DNA of 64,000 nt from Mytilus californianus (GCF_021869535.1 NW_026262734.1:44454001-44518000); one strand, 5' to 3'; counted from the stretch's first letter, positions 23,036 to 35,200 are shown. A program made the numbers and translations. The notes: generated from the letters alone by a model not told the origin.

Positions 23036-26000
23036 ATGGGTAATGACATCGTAGCATATAGAATGACAATAGGACTGTTTTATCACAAGATAAGTCTGGG
23101 TTGTTTGAGAAAAACATTTGTATCGTTCTCAGTGTATGAGTTACTTGCCGTTTTATTTACGAATGTTTCAAGACTCAAACTATGTATTTTTAATTTATAC
23201 AGATCTTCTGCTAATATGATTTCATTTTACATACTGTTATTATGTTTGTTGCTAATATGTGGTGACATCGAACCGAACCCGGGTCCTGAGCGCACACCAG
23301 AAATATCTGAGAAAACATTGTCAATTTTCCATGGTAATATAAGAAGCCTTAGAAATAAACTGAATTATATTGTCGATATTATTGAAGATTACGATGTCGT
23401 ATTCTTGACAGAAACCCATTTAGACTCAAATATTACAGATTCTGATTTATATATATCCGGTTTTGAAATACCAGTTCGAAAAGATAGAAATTCTCATGGG
23501 GGTGGCATTATTATGTATTATAAAAGTTATGTTCGCATAACTCGTCGACATGATTTGGAGAATTGCCAACTTGAGAGTATGTGGTTTGAGTTAAAAACCA
23601 AATTGCGATCAATATTGATAAACATCAATTATAGGTCGGAACGGCAATCTTCACTTTATTTCTGGCAGTATTTGGATCAAATGTTGAAAAATGCCCTGGA
23701 TGAAAATAATTGCATAATTTGCTTAGGTGATCTGAATAAAAACTTTATGTCAGATCTACCGTCAAATATAAGAGATATTTTTTTCATCAATGGCCTTGTT
23801 AACATAATTGACAAAGCTACTCATTTTGACACACGAACAGGTAGCACGTCTTTACTTGATCCTATTTTAGTCACTGATTCGATACCGGTTTTAGATAAAG
23901 ACACAATACCTTTTGATAGAGGTATTAGTGATCATGATGGAACATACGTCACAATTGATTGTGGTTTTAGTAAAAGACGAACTTATAATAGATTGATATG
24001 GGATTATAAAAAAGGTGATTATGACCTAATGAAACAAAAAGTAGTTGAAACAAATTGGGAATATTTAATTTCTGATGCAAGTGACGTTCATGTTGCTGCG
24101 ACTAATTTCACGAATTCATTTCTTAATATAGCCTCCGAGTGTATACCTACAAGGGAAGTAACTATAAGATGTGACGATAAAGTTTGGTATGATTCGAATT
24201 TGCGGCATGAAACGAGAAAACGCGACAGGCTTCGTAATATTTTTATTCGCTCAAATAGTACATCCGCAGAAAAGAAATTTAAACAACAAAGGAACAAAGT
24301 AAATAACTTGAAAAAGCAAGCTAAAAAACATTTTTTTACCAGTATTAATGAAAATTTAGATGAACTAAAAGTTACAAACTGTAAACAGTACTGGAAAACG
24401 GTTAACATGTTAATTAAAAGTGATACACCGTCTCATGATTTACCACCAATGACGGACCCTGATCATAACTTTAAACTTGCGTATGAGGGAACCGAAAAGT
24501 CCGACATTTTAAATAAATATTTTTGTTCAATTTCTAATTTAGATGGCGCTAGTAAAGATTTGCCGGAATTTGAAGACCGATGTCTTGATTTTATTTCACA
24601 AATTGTAGTTAGTGAACAAGATGTACTTGATATTCTTTCAACGCTCGATGTTAATAAAGCTGTTGGACCAGATATCGTTAGCAACAGAATGTTACTTGCT
24701 GTTAGAAATGAAATTTCCAAACCATTATGTCTACTTTTTAACAAATCTTTAAATGATAAAATATTTCCAGACCAATGGAAGATTGCACATGTTATTCCCT
24801 TATTCAAAAGTGGTGACAAGTCATTACCGTCTAACTACAGGCCAGTCTCATTATTGTCATGTGTGAGTAAAGTCTTAGAAAAGATTGTTTTCAAAAATAT
24901 TTTTAACCATTTACATGAAAATAAACTATTATACAAGTATCAATCCGGATTTATTCCAGGATACTCAACTTCGCATCAGTTGATAGAATTGTATAACAAA
25001 ATTTTGAGTGCACTAAATGAAAAGCTTTTAACAAGCATTACATTTGCTGATATAAGCAAAGCATTTGATACTGTTTGGATTAAGGCTTTATTACATAAAC
25101 TTGAAAAATATGGTATAAAAGGAGACTTGCTATGTTGGTTGAAAAGTTACTTGTCTAGACGATCTCAGAGAGTTGTCATAAAAGATTCATTATCAAACAT
25201 TGGAAAACTTAACGCTGGTGTGCCCCAGGGGTCGGTATTAGGACCCTTGTTGTTTTTAATATACATTAATGATATAGCTGATGGTATGTCTGGATTCGGA
25301 AGGCTTTTTGCAGATGATACTTCAATAGGTCATACTGCACATGATGAATCCACTTTAAAAAGTTCGATCAGTAGAGATCTTGATTATTTAAGTAAGTGGT
25401 CAGAAAAATGGCTAGTGAAGTTTAATCCTAATAAAACTGATATTATGATATTCAGTTTGAAAAATATATACAGTGATATTACTTTTGATTTTGGTGGTGC
25501 TACATTGAAACCAGTTAGTGCGCACAAACATCTAGGTGTCATATTTAGTAATGATTGTAAATGGAATAAGCATGTTGATAAACTGATTGAGAAAACTTCG
25601 AAGCAGCTTAATGTTTTACGCAAACTAAAATATCGATTAAAAAGGGAATATTTGGAAAAAATTTATATGATATTTATTCGTCCGATACTTGAGTATTCAT
25701 CAGAAGTTTGGGATAATTGTGGGAACATAAATTCTGATCGGATAGAAAATATTCAAATCGAGGCTGCTCGCATTGTTACTGGATTACCAAGTTATGCTAG
25801 CCGAAACGCTATTTACAGGGAGACGGGATGGGAAAAATTAAGCGTAAGGCGGGAGGTAAAAAAGTTGGCCATGTTTTATAAAATTATTAACAATCAGGCT
25901 CCAGATTATCTACATGACTTGGTTCCAGAATTTGTATCTGATATTAGTAATTACAATTTACGAAACAGACACAATATCACTATTCCAGTGAATCGTTTGT

Positions 26001-26479
26001 CGGTTTATCAACATTCTTATTTCCCAGCATCCATAACATTGTGGAACACTTTAGATATTATTATTAGACAGATTCCTACATTTTCATTATTTAAAAGCAA
26101 ATTGCATATGTTATACTATAAGAATAAAAAATCTCCGAGACATTTTTACTCTGGAGATCGCTTACTATCTGTATTACATGCAAGGTTGCGAAACCATTGT
26201 AGCACTCTTCAATCAGATTTGTTTAATGCAAACTTAGTACAAGATGCCAATTGTTTATGTGGCTTCATCAATGAAGATGCTAAACATTATTTATTATATT
26301 GTAACAATTTTTCATCACAAAGGCTTTTAATGATAAATGAAATCAATGTTTTTGCTGTCAATATTACAATTGAGTTATTGCTCTCTGGTGATGAGTCTTT
26401 GAGTTCTGAAGAAAATTATAGTGTTTTTCTATCTGTACAAAAGTATATAAAAAGTACCAAGCGTTTTTCTCAACTTTGA
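23036..26479 (+). CDS. LINE ORF2p: 2A-like peptide + APE endonuclease + reverse transcriptase + C-terminal CCHC
   Basis: APE motifs (NIRS, LTETHL, GDLN, SDHD), RT motifs (NYRPVSLL, DISKAFD, GVPQGSVLGP, FADD), CLCGFINEDAKHYLLYC; no internal stop over 1147 codons. Confidence 0.95.
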   Translation: MGNDIVAYRMTIGLFYHKISLGCLRKTFVSFSVYELLAVLFTNVSRLKLCIFNLYRSSANMISFYILLLCLLLICGDIEPNPGPERTPEISEKTLSIFHGNIRSLRNKLNYIVDIIEDYDVVFLTETHLDSNITDSDLYISGFEIPVRKDRNSHGGGIIMYYKSYVRITRRHDLENCQLESMWFELKTKLRSILININYRSERQSSLYFWQYLDQMLKNALDENNCIICLGDLNKNFMSDLPSNIRDIFFINGLVNIIDKATHFDTRTGSTSLLDPILVTDSIPVLDKDTIPFDRGISDHDGTYVTIDCGFSKRRTYNRLIWDYKKGDYDLMKQKVVETNWEYLISDASDVHVAATNFTNSFLNIASECIPTREVTIRCDDKVWYDSNLRHETRKRDRLRNIFIRSNSTSAEKKFKQQRNKVNNLKKQAKKHFFTSINENLDELKVTNCKQYWKTVNMLIKSDTPSHDLPPMTDPDHNFKLAYEGTEKSDILNKYFCSISNLDGASKDLPEFEDRCLDFISQIVVSEQDVLDILSTLDVNKAVGPDIVSNRMLLAVRNEISKPLCLLFNKSLNDKIFPDQWKIAHVIPLFKSGDKSLPSNYRPVSLLSCVSKVLEKIVFKNIFNHLHENKLLYKYQSGFIPGYSTSHQLIELYNKILSALNEKLLTSITFADISKAFDTVWIKALLHKLEKYGIKGDLLCWLKSYLSRRSQRVVIKDSLSNIGKLNAGVPQGSVLGPLLFLIYINDIADGMSGFGRLFADDTSIGHTAHDESTLKSSISRDLDYLSKWSEKWLVKFNPNKTDIMIFSLKNIYSDITFDFGGATLKPVSAHKHLGVIFSNDCKWNKHVDKLIEKTSKQLNVLRKLKYRLKREYLEKIYMIFIRPILEYSSEVWDNCGNINSDRIENIQIEAARIVTGLPSYASRNAIYRETGWEKLSVRREVKKLAMFYKIINNQAPDYLHDLVPEFVSDISNYNLRNRHNITIPVNRLSVYQHSYFPASITLWNTLDIIIRQIPTFSLFKSKLHMLYYKNKKSPRHFYSGDRLLSVLHARLRNHCSTLQSDLFNANLVQDANCLCGFINEDAKHYLLYCNNFSSQRLLMINEINVFAVNITIELLLSGDESLSSEENYSVFLSVQKYIKSTKRFSQL
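23261..23287 (+). other. 2A-like translational StopGo motif GDIEPNPG|P
   Basis: Matches the D(V/I)ExNPGP consensus, preceded by LLLCLLLIC and immediately upstream of the APE domain. Confidence 0.85.
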
Positions 26480-27013
26480 CAACCTTATTCTGTAACAGAT
26501 CTTACTAGAACATGATCAATGTATGCTCTTAGGGGTACGATAATCGAATGATCTTTATGATTGACTTTTGTATTCTGAAACGTTTCCATGGATTTAAGTA
26601 AAAAACAAAATTGATACTTACAATTATGTGTAGATTTATTCCGTTTTCCTGTTAATCCGTAACTTTAAACTATGAGTGTGTAATTTACATTTAAACAAAT
26701 TTACTCACATGACTTGTCATGTACACTAACATATTTTATTTGACACAGCTCGGTGTGTTTGTATTTATTTCTACTGAAAATAGGCGCATTCGATTGGTTA
26801 TATTAAGTGGTAAATATCCATTGATTCGATTCTTAAAATTTGTATGTAACTTATTTTTATATCTTCATGCTAAAATAATAATTGGTTAAAGTCAGATTTA
26901 TGTAATGTTCATTCATGTGTATATTTATGTATATATTGGAGAAGACGTTACTAAGTTGAAAAACTTGTGTCTAATCCATTTGTCATTTTTGAACAATAAA
27001 ATATGTTTAAACT

Positions 27014-27060
27014 ACCAGTGTTAAAATTTAGTGTTTTGAAACAAAGAGTTGTTCTATTTG
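27014..27060 (-). mobile_element. 5' remnant of the same older LINE, split off by the intact LINE insertion
   Basis: Removing 21072-27013 and one TSD copy restores the frame TNRTTLCFKTLNFNTGVSDCHHMISTFIKG (APE C-terminal SD(x)H motif). Confidence 0.8.
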
Positions 27061-29308
27061 TAACTGTACTTGTTTTTAATATAATATTTTTTTCGTATTT
27101 AAAGATGTTAGCTGCTCTGTTTCAAAATAACACGCTTTTTAAATTACTGTTATAAAGTATAAGTATATAAATAACGGAACTTAAAAAGCAGAAAAACAAT
27201 GAAAGGTCCGAGACCTTGTTTTTGAAATATAAGCAATTCTAAATTTGGCGGGAAACGATTCTCTCTATATTTTCCATATATTTAATATTGGCACCTTTTT
27301 TCTTCCAGAAACTATGAAAAAATAACAAGGATGTTATAAGTTTTTTAAAAATGGCTTTTTAAACTATATGTAATAAAAGTATGAAAAGAAAAGTAGGGGC
27401 TAGCAGGAAAAAAATTGTATTGGCACTATATCGATAAAACTTAGAGAATTCCGAACATCTGACAAAAAGTCAAAACCAGTAACGAACATCCTTAATGATT
27501 ACTTCACGTTTCAAAGTATAAAAATAATTTAACAATTAAAGTGGACAATTTACTGAAAGGTAGTGTAAGGTCAGCGATACACCAAGAAGAATAAAAACTT
27601 ACAAACAATACCATTTACTAAAGAGAAAAGACACAAAACATTATTTAGAACACTAAATATTGGGTTGCAACCTTGCCAACTGTGTCAAGTAAGATGAATG
27701 CTTAAGAGTATAAAATAGTCGTGTTTCCGAAATAAGTGTTTTTTGTTTTTTTTTTTTTCTTAATAAGGATGATGAAATGCATGACATAAGGCTTTTTTCA
27801 TCCTTTTTTGTAATATTGTGACAAACCCACTATCTGGTTTTGAAAAAAATTGAAACAATGTTCTGAAGGATATTCATTATAATAAATGTAGATCATACAA
27901 AAATAATCATTTGATAAAATATAGACATTTCAACTTTTATATAATACTCTAAACTACATGATTAATTCATACAGAACAAATGGAGTCACATTGAAAAGGT
28001 GTATATTCGAATTCACTTATAGATGACATTTGCATAGTTTGAGTTTTTGCAATATTAAGATAAGATAAAAATTGCTATAGCGCTAAATTGGATTCAGAAT
28101 TATTCCCGTTTAGTCACAAATTATTGTTTGCAATTATAATTACACATTTTTACGTTTGAGATTGAACTGAACACAGACATTTTAGAGTAACCTATGAATA
28201 AAATAAGCAATTGAAATATGAAAATTATCACAAACAATACTGAAATAGGGTTAGAGGTAAAACGTCCAATGAAAGTATTTGTAAAATTTGCTATATTTTT
28301 TGAAGGATTTTGTAAAAGTTTCAATAGTATATTCATGCATGCTCCAACGTGTGTAAAAGTTCTTTGCACATGTAATAATTTATGTGCATTAAGTTCACTT
28401 TTAGTGTTAATGTTTGACGCGGTGGCAACTGACACCACATGTCTCTAAACTGGAAAAAAAAAAAACAAAAAAAAAAACACATGTTTTTTACAAATTATTC
28501 CGATTGTGTTTTGCTATTTCATAATGGCAAGAAGAGAGTAGAATTGAAAAATGCAGAAGACAAAAATAGAAGGTGTTTATTTATAGGAAACGAATACTTC
28601 TATATTTAGCACGAAGAACACTAAAACATCATTGCGAACAACAAATGCACTTGGCAATAGAAGTTTTAAGCAAACACACAGAGGCTTAGAAGATTTTAAG
28701 AGTTTAATATAAAAGTAACTAGATGGACTCTTTCAGATTTGCCTATATATAGATCGATTATGGAAGTTAAATGAAAAAGAGTTTAATTATATGACAATAA
28801 AAGTAGTAATATATAATAATGAAACTGTCAAATTGACACGAAAACTCCCCTATCATGCAGCGTAAAAGGTGCAAATTTATTACTGCATTTGAAAAGTCAT
28901 TATATGTGCATACAGCAAAAATGAGGCCAATGAGACTGTAACCAGATAACAAATACAATCGACATCGGGAGAATAACGTTAACATATTTTCCTCAAAAGT
29001 GAACCGATGTCTTTTACAATATTTCAAGCTTAGAATCGCACACAGATCAGTACAACGAAAACGAATGAAATATAATTGCAGAAAAGACCGGAATGGAAGT
29101 GAGCTTTCTTTTTCGTACCTCCCCCCCCCCCCCCCCAAAAAAAAAAAATAAGAAAAAACAAAAAATTACTCTTCACTGCACTTTGAGTTTACTTCTTTTC
29201 AACTGATAATCCACTTTATCACGAATATTCTAGGGCAATATGTTTACCTAATTTATTTCACTGGCACGGACTTACTTACTATCTAATCATATGGATTATT
29301 TTATTTAG

Positions 29309-29359
29309 GAAAATGAAGATATGATTAAGGGAATGGTGTTCTCTTTCCGGTATATGAAG
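29309..29359 (+). CDS. SRR: Racemase exon 8 (ENEDMIKGMVFSFRYMK)
   Basis: ttatttag| and AAG|gtaaac; 51 nt phase 0->0; aligns by eye to human TEDEIKCATQLVWERMK. Confidence 0.88.
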
Positions 29360-30029
29360 GTAAACTTATATATTCAACACTCAATGTGCTTTTAAACAAA
29401 TTTAAATCAATATTAAGGAATATCTTAAGAATTGAAATTTTAAGGGTATTTTTTCCTAGGGAATTAGATTTTTTCATAATTCAAATATTTTATATATAAT
29501 AATTTGGTCATTTTCAGAAGAGTTCGATACAATTTTGAAAATTTCCTGCGAAAATACGTTCCAGACATAATTTACTAGATGGACATATTTTCCTAGAAAA
29601 AAAAATATCCTGAGACTTACTTTTGTAGTAAAATTATGGTCATGGACATGATTACCTAGGAAACAAAGTCTGGGGGACAAATTTTAATACCTGACAGAAT
29701 TTAATTACACACACAAACATTCATAAAGAAAAAAAAACAAGTTTCTCAGAACACGTTCTATGATGATAATCAAATTATAAAATGTAAAGGCCTAGAGCAA
29801 ATGACCTTTAATATCAAAGGGTATTTCCAACAAATGTTTTTTTTTTTTTTTTTGGAAATAGCCATCATGTATATTGATTATATTGATATTGATTAGTGCA
29901 ATATAACTTCAAATGAAATAAAAGTACCACATATGAATATAGGCCAGAATCATGCAATTCTTGAAAAAAAACCCAAGACAACACTATTTTGAAACTGTTT
30001 CAAAATACTTATGTTTATATCTATTTAAG

Positions 30030-30173
30030 ATGGTAATAGAAGCCGCCGCTGGAGCTACAGTAGCTGCTGCCATGTCAGAGAAGTTAAAACAGATGGATCC
30101 TAGTATAAAGAAAATCGGAGTTATATTATGTGGTGGAAATGTTGACATGTTGAAATTACCATGGTACTCATAA
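30030..30173 (+). CDS. SRR: Racemase exon 9, terminal (MVIEAAAGATVAA...VILCGGNVDMLKLPWYS*)
   Basis: atttaag| acceptor, GGNVD motif, TAA at 30171-30173, AATAAA ~85 nt downstream; nine exons total 978 nt = 325 aa + stop with no frameshift. Confidence 0.94.
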   Translation: MVIEAAAGATVAAAMSEKLKQMDPSIKKIGVILCGGNVDMLKLPWYS

Positions 30174-31344
30174 AATGAATAGACCAAAGGGTTTAAATGT
30201 TTCTTATAATGTTTTATGTATAATTGTGTACGATATGCAATAATAGGCATATCAGTGAATAAACTGTTATAACTACGTATTAATTACAATGTAAATGAAA
30301 ACAATTTAACCTTTATTTCAGATTACACGTTCTTACAATTAAGAGTTAAATGCTTCTTTTTGTAATTTTATCGGCCCGGGCCCGTTGTACAAGCGTTGAT
30401 CGAAACATATTTTGTATGACGTGTGGAAGCGTTTCAGTCTAAAAATGTGCGCACGTTCAACGCGTTTACACCCACTATACCATTACAAAAAGAAGAATTC
30501 AATTCATATTATTACATTTGTAAGCTACAACCATGAACTTACGAGTAAAATCAAGCCTTTCATTTGGTTTTGTTATGCATTGTTTTAATATTATCACGGA
30601 TAGCACACGTAGTCATAGACGTTGCATTCTATACGGATATAAATTTGAATTTCTGGAATGCCGCAGCCAATGAAAATTACGGAATCGTATGAAATTCTAT
30701 GTCATGAAATGTTTTATGTATGCAGATTAAAAAATCATGATGACGACATAAGGATAACTGGATAACAAAAGATAATTCCTTTATGATTTGCATATCTACA
30801 AATACTTGAAACGGATTGATCTGTTAGACATTTTTGGTTTGGTTTACACTTCGATAAACCATGTTGCCGAAACTACTTTCATAACCTTCACTGTGATCTA
30901 TTCATGCTATATATGGGATCTAAGCAAAATGAGATAAAAAACAAAAACATAACAGTTTTTATTAACGCATGACAAAAAAGATATAATGCATTAATAATAC
31001 TTGGAAAATGTATGAAATTGAAAGAAAACAAAATTCAAAGAAATATGATGAATGATTTTGGCGCGTTAATGTCATGGCATAACATGACGTCATACGAATG
31101 AAAACTTTCAGGCTGAAGATTATTTCGTTACTTGTACGCTTCAAATTCAGTTAACATCTCATTAAAATGAAGTTTTTGAGGTAGGTGCTTTTTCAGTTTT
31201 GATTCTATTGCACTAATCGAACAGTTATGGATTTTAGAAAGTCAATATAGTTACGACATGCCAATTTTGCATTTGATGGTAAACATTAGCCAATGTACAA
31301 AATTTATTAATCAAGAATTGCAAATCTTTGGCTTCAGAATTATA

Positions 31345-32101
31345 AGGATTAAACACATGTTTTCTAGAGGTTATTGATGTGTAAACTGGGTCGCTTTCTT
31401 ACAAAGTTTTTCGGACTTTTATTCAGTTTGTGAGTTATTCCCAGTTTACACATCAATAACCTCTAGTTCGGACTTTTATTCAGTTTGTAAGTTAATCGCC
31501 CCAGTTTACACATCAATGTATGTATGTATGTACGTAGATCCCTCCGTTTACGGAGCACCCCTCGAGAGCTGCGAGGGTACAGTGGAATCCGTGTACAATC
31601 CCTATCGGGAGTAATGGAGATGTGTCACTAACGTATTTACAATGTTCAATATTTACAAGGACAATCCCCACCCCAACACCAGGGAGTGTTAAGATACCGG
31701 GCGGATCTGTTATTATGGTGGAGGAAGCCGAAGTACTCGGAGAGAACCACCGGGCTGCTCGGCGGGAACAGACAAACCGAAGAGATGTCAGCAGATTGAT
31801 CTCCAGGTCAAAGTCGGGAGCAACTTTGACCTACCGAGGCCCCCATAGTACCCATTCTGGTTTAAACTCCGGTCTGGGTACCAGAGATGTGTGTGAGAGG
31901 GTGAAAATCACCCTTCTGATGTACTGATATTTTTAGCACCCCGAGTGAGAATCGAACTCGGGACCTTCAGTACTGTAGCCATCGGTCTTAACCACTAGAC
32001 CACGAACTCACATAACCTCTAGTTCGGACTTTTATTCAGTTTGTGAGTTAATCGCCCCGGTTTACACATCAATAACCTCTAGAAAAAATGTGTTTAATCC
32101 T
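31345..32101. mobile_element. MITE with ~45-bp TIRs and internal ~58-bp tandem units, interrupted by a SINE
   Basis: AGGATTAAACACAT.TTTTCTAGAGGTTATTGATGTGTAAAC.GGG inverted at both ends; units reuse the right TIR sequence. Confidence 0.75.
31518..32008 (-). mobile_element. tRNA-derived SINE (~490 bp) with (TACA)n tail
   Basis: Box A TGGTCTAGTGG and box B GAGTTCGATTC at the 5' end, central GGTGGTTCTCTCCGAGTACTTCGGCTTCCTCCACCA domain, simple-repeat tail; GC-rich against background. Confidence 0.85.
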
Positions 32102-32193
32102 ATTATATTCAAATAATGAACAGTTGTTTATCTCGTTTGTTAATCTGTTCATCTTCACAAATGTTCATACATTGTGCATGCAGATTATTTATA

Positions 32194-32292
32194 GGTGAGA
32201 TAATACTTGGTCATGTTTTATGAATATTTAAAGCCCGAGGCGTAGCCGAGGGTTTTAAATGATCATAAAATATGACCAAGTATTGTCTGACC
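32194..32292. repeat. Palindrome (~42-bp arms) with a CGAGGCGTAGCCGAG loop
   Basis: Arms read as reverse complements directly. Confidence 0.85.
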
Positions 32293-35200
32293 AATTTAGA
32301 ACATATTCACACCTTCGAGTGACATAACAAAATTAGCCTCTCCCATTGTAATACTTTAACCTGAATATGAGCTCACTCTAAGCGTTAACATGGTTAGTAA
32401 AATGGATGTATATCATATTAAATGGTAATTCCAACAGATAGAAAGAAATAGCAATGCGATAGTTTTGTGATTCAAAAATGAAGATTTCTTCTGCTTCATG
32501 TATAGTTTAACACTTACATATCTAAAATTCCTTCGTTTTAAAAAGGACGTAATGTTATATAAATCAGTTTTCTAAAATTGTATAATTTATGAATAATAAT
32601 AAAACTTCAATAATGATTTTCAAAATTACAATCGTTTCAACGTCAGATGCTTATTTTTTTTATTGATGAATGTATTTTTTTTATCAACAGTCATTGTTTC
32701 CTAAAAATCCATTGATTTTAATGTTTCGTATAAGAATTATATTAAATATCATTTTACCTGCACATTTCTCCCCTTTTCAATTCTTTTTGTCATTTTTTTA
32801 GGGGGGGGGGGGGGGGGGGGGTTCAATATATTTACCACTATATAGCGTATACAACGTTTCTATTCTCCTGTTTTCATTTTCAAAAATTAGACAAACAATA
32901 GTACTCATGATGTTTTCTCTTACTCTTTTCCCTGTTGGGATCTTACACTTCATTATTGTAGTCATAAAGAGTTCACTTTCATGATTAATCTGCAATGGAA
33001 AGTCATTCATGTATAGCATTTTATAGTGCATGGAAAGCCATGTACTATGAAAATTCGAAGGGAAATAAATGATTTTCCATTGGACGAGACGGGGTGAGTA
33101 TGTTCTAAATTATACCATAATACCTCAATCACTAATTATCGAAAGAATGCTAATATCGAGTAACAATTAGAGAAAAACAACACGCAGTCGAACTTAGGAC
33201 AAACACAATAAACGGGATTAAAACTAGTCATTTAAGTCTTCAAATTTAAAGTCATTTTCTCAGTCTGGAAAAAACGATAGAGGGATAAACAAATTATTGG
33301 AAAGGTTTATGACGAGATGTCAATTGGATAACAGAAGGCTATCAATACCATTTGTTGTTCGTTGTCGTGTCTTTTTATTGATTTTATCTTAATTCGCATG
33401 CCTGTAAGAACAGATTTTAAAGAACATGATCTAGATGAATTTGGTGATGATGGTTAGATGCTGATTTTTGGTGGTTTGATTTAGTCATAGCCTTTGTAGT
33501 TCTGGGGCAATATTTAGGTTGCTTTATTGTATAGATACTTTATTTGTTATCATTTGAAATATATGTCTTTCGATTTTTACCCCGTATGTCATAGGACTGT
33601 CGTTACGACGTCAGAAAAAGAAAACTTTTGACAGATTTTTCACTAAAGTTTACAGGGTATATGTTTGTCAAAACCAGTCTTGCACACATTTTAATTTGCC
33701 ATTTGATCTTGCCTGCTTTGATCGAACCATACTTATTCCAAAATAGACTTTGGTCTGATCTGCCACAGGCTTAAGGTCACTACTACGAAGGACTGCATTG
33801 TATTCATTGATGATACTTTTCCAACGCTAATGTAATTAGGGTCATACAGACAGGACGAGTTTCGGAAGACTTAAGAAGATTTACAGAAAAAAAAACGTGA
33901 AAGACAAATAGCAACACAGTAAACAGAAATTAACTCTTTAACAACCTCGTAACGTATAGAGTTAGCTATTTTACGAAAAATGTGCAAAGTACAAAAAGAA
34001 TACATATAAATAAAAAGTATCTACTTTATAATTTTAGTTCTTGTTTTTTGTTGTTGCTGCTCATGATAGGACATTGCAGTGAACCAAACTAACATGGTGT
34101 TTGGGCCATATAATATAATATAGTTTATTTTAAGGTAGCAGACCAGATCCAGGACAGGTATGTTCAAATTAAATTCTGGGACACACCAGCTTTACCCCGT
34201 TTGTGATTGTGTTTAAGACTGATCTCTATAAATTTATTTTAAAAAGTAGACATGAATTGGACTGTTATTGATATAGTTAATTTGCTTGACTGCTCATATT
34301 TCCTGACATGCCCATAGTTAATGTGTGTACAGGATTTTGACCGCGTTTATCTATAGACTGTAGCTATTAATGGAAAAGAAATGATGGGGTATATTAATTC
34401 ATGACACAAAATCAATACGCGAAGCTAGAACCCCATATGAAATTTATTGACCCAATATATTTTGTATTAGGTCAGTAGCACACTGTGTTACGAATTTATC
34501 TTACCGACTATCTTAACATTTGGCATTAAGACTAGTGGCCTATCAAAGTGATCAAGTCTTCTTTATAAAGAACCTACTTCCATTGGTATATACAAAAACA
34601 AATGCCAACAATATCAATAACATCTTATTAGCTTTTAATTCATCATCAATTTCGTTATCTGTTGTCCGATCGAAATGTTTCAGTCTTTTCCACAACGCCA
34701 TGTTGTTTCTATAAAGGAACACAAAACCACTACTAACCGTGTATCAAAATACTGAAAGATTTGAAGAATACCAGAGTGACTGATTTAGACGGAAATGGAA
34801 TAAAACTAGAGCCTCGCTCTCGCTCTAAAAAACACTGTGGCTCACATGGATCTCTTTGCAGCATCTTCAACAATGGCCATTCTCCAATGTGGTAGACTAT
34901 GAAATATATTTCATGACTAAAAACTCTTATTTTTAGGTCGCTTCTTACTGATAATTTTTACAGTTTCTCTCTTTCGCCTTCATTTTTTTGCACAAATTGA
35001 AGAAAGGGTAAATATCGTTATTAATCAAAAATATACGTTTTCTTGTGGCCACAAAACATAAGAAGTCAACATTAATTAAATCATATTTTAACACATTTTT
35101 TGTTTGATAAGTTTTGGTTATCTAAAGACCATCATTTTATACATCTTGTTATGGTAAATTGGCATTATGTATATTGATTTGACACATGATTTCATTATAA

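Larger units (their letters stand above)
21072..27013 (+). mobile_element. Full-length, apparently intact CR1/L2-group non-LTR retrotransposon (~5.94 kb) in racemase intron 7
   Basis: Flanked by 10-bp TSD ACCAGTGTTA (21062-21071 and 27014-27023); two uninterrupted ORFs; 3' end AATAAAATATGTTTAAACT. Confidence 0.93.

Noticed and set aside
24088-25623. Antisense ORFs (106, 118 and 79 aa) and 21749-22018
   Set aside because: Shadows of the long LINE ORFs on the opposite strand; no motifs or splice support.
31935-32008. tRNA gene on the minus strand
   Set aside because: Box A/B are present, but the anticodon and acceptor stems do not pair and it runs into a SINE body and tail; the same applies to 36621-36700.
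31345-32101. CRISPR-like repeat/spacer array
   Set aside because: Eukaryotic context, identical rather than unique spacers, no cas genes; it is a MITE with tandem units.
32800-32822. Poly-G tract (and poly-C at ~29120-29136) as a functional G-quadruplex
   Set aside because: Simple homopolymers of uncertain length with no supporting context; they also generate spurious poly-Pro/Gly ORFs in the track.
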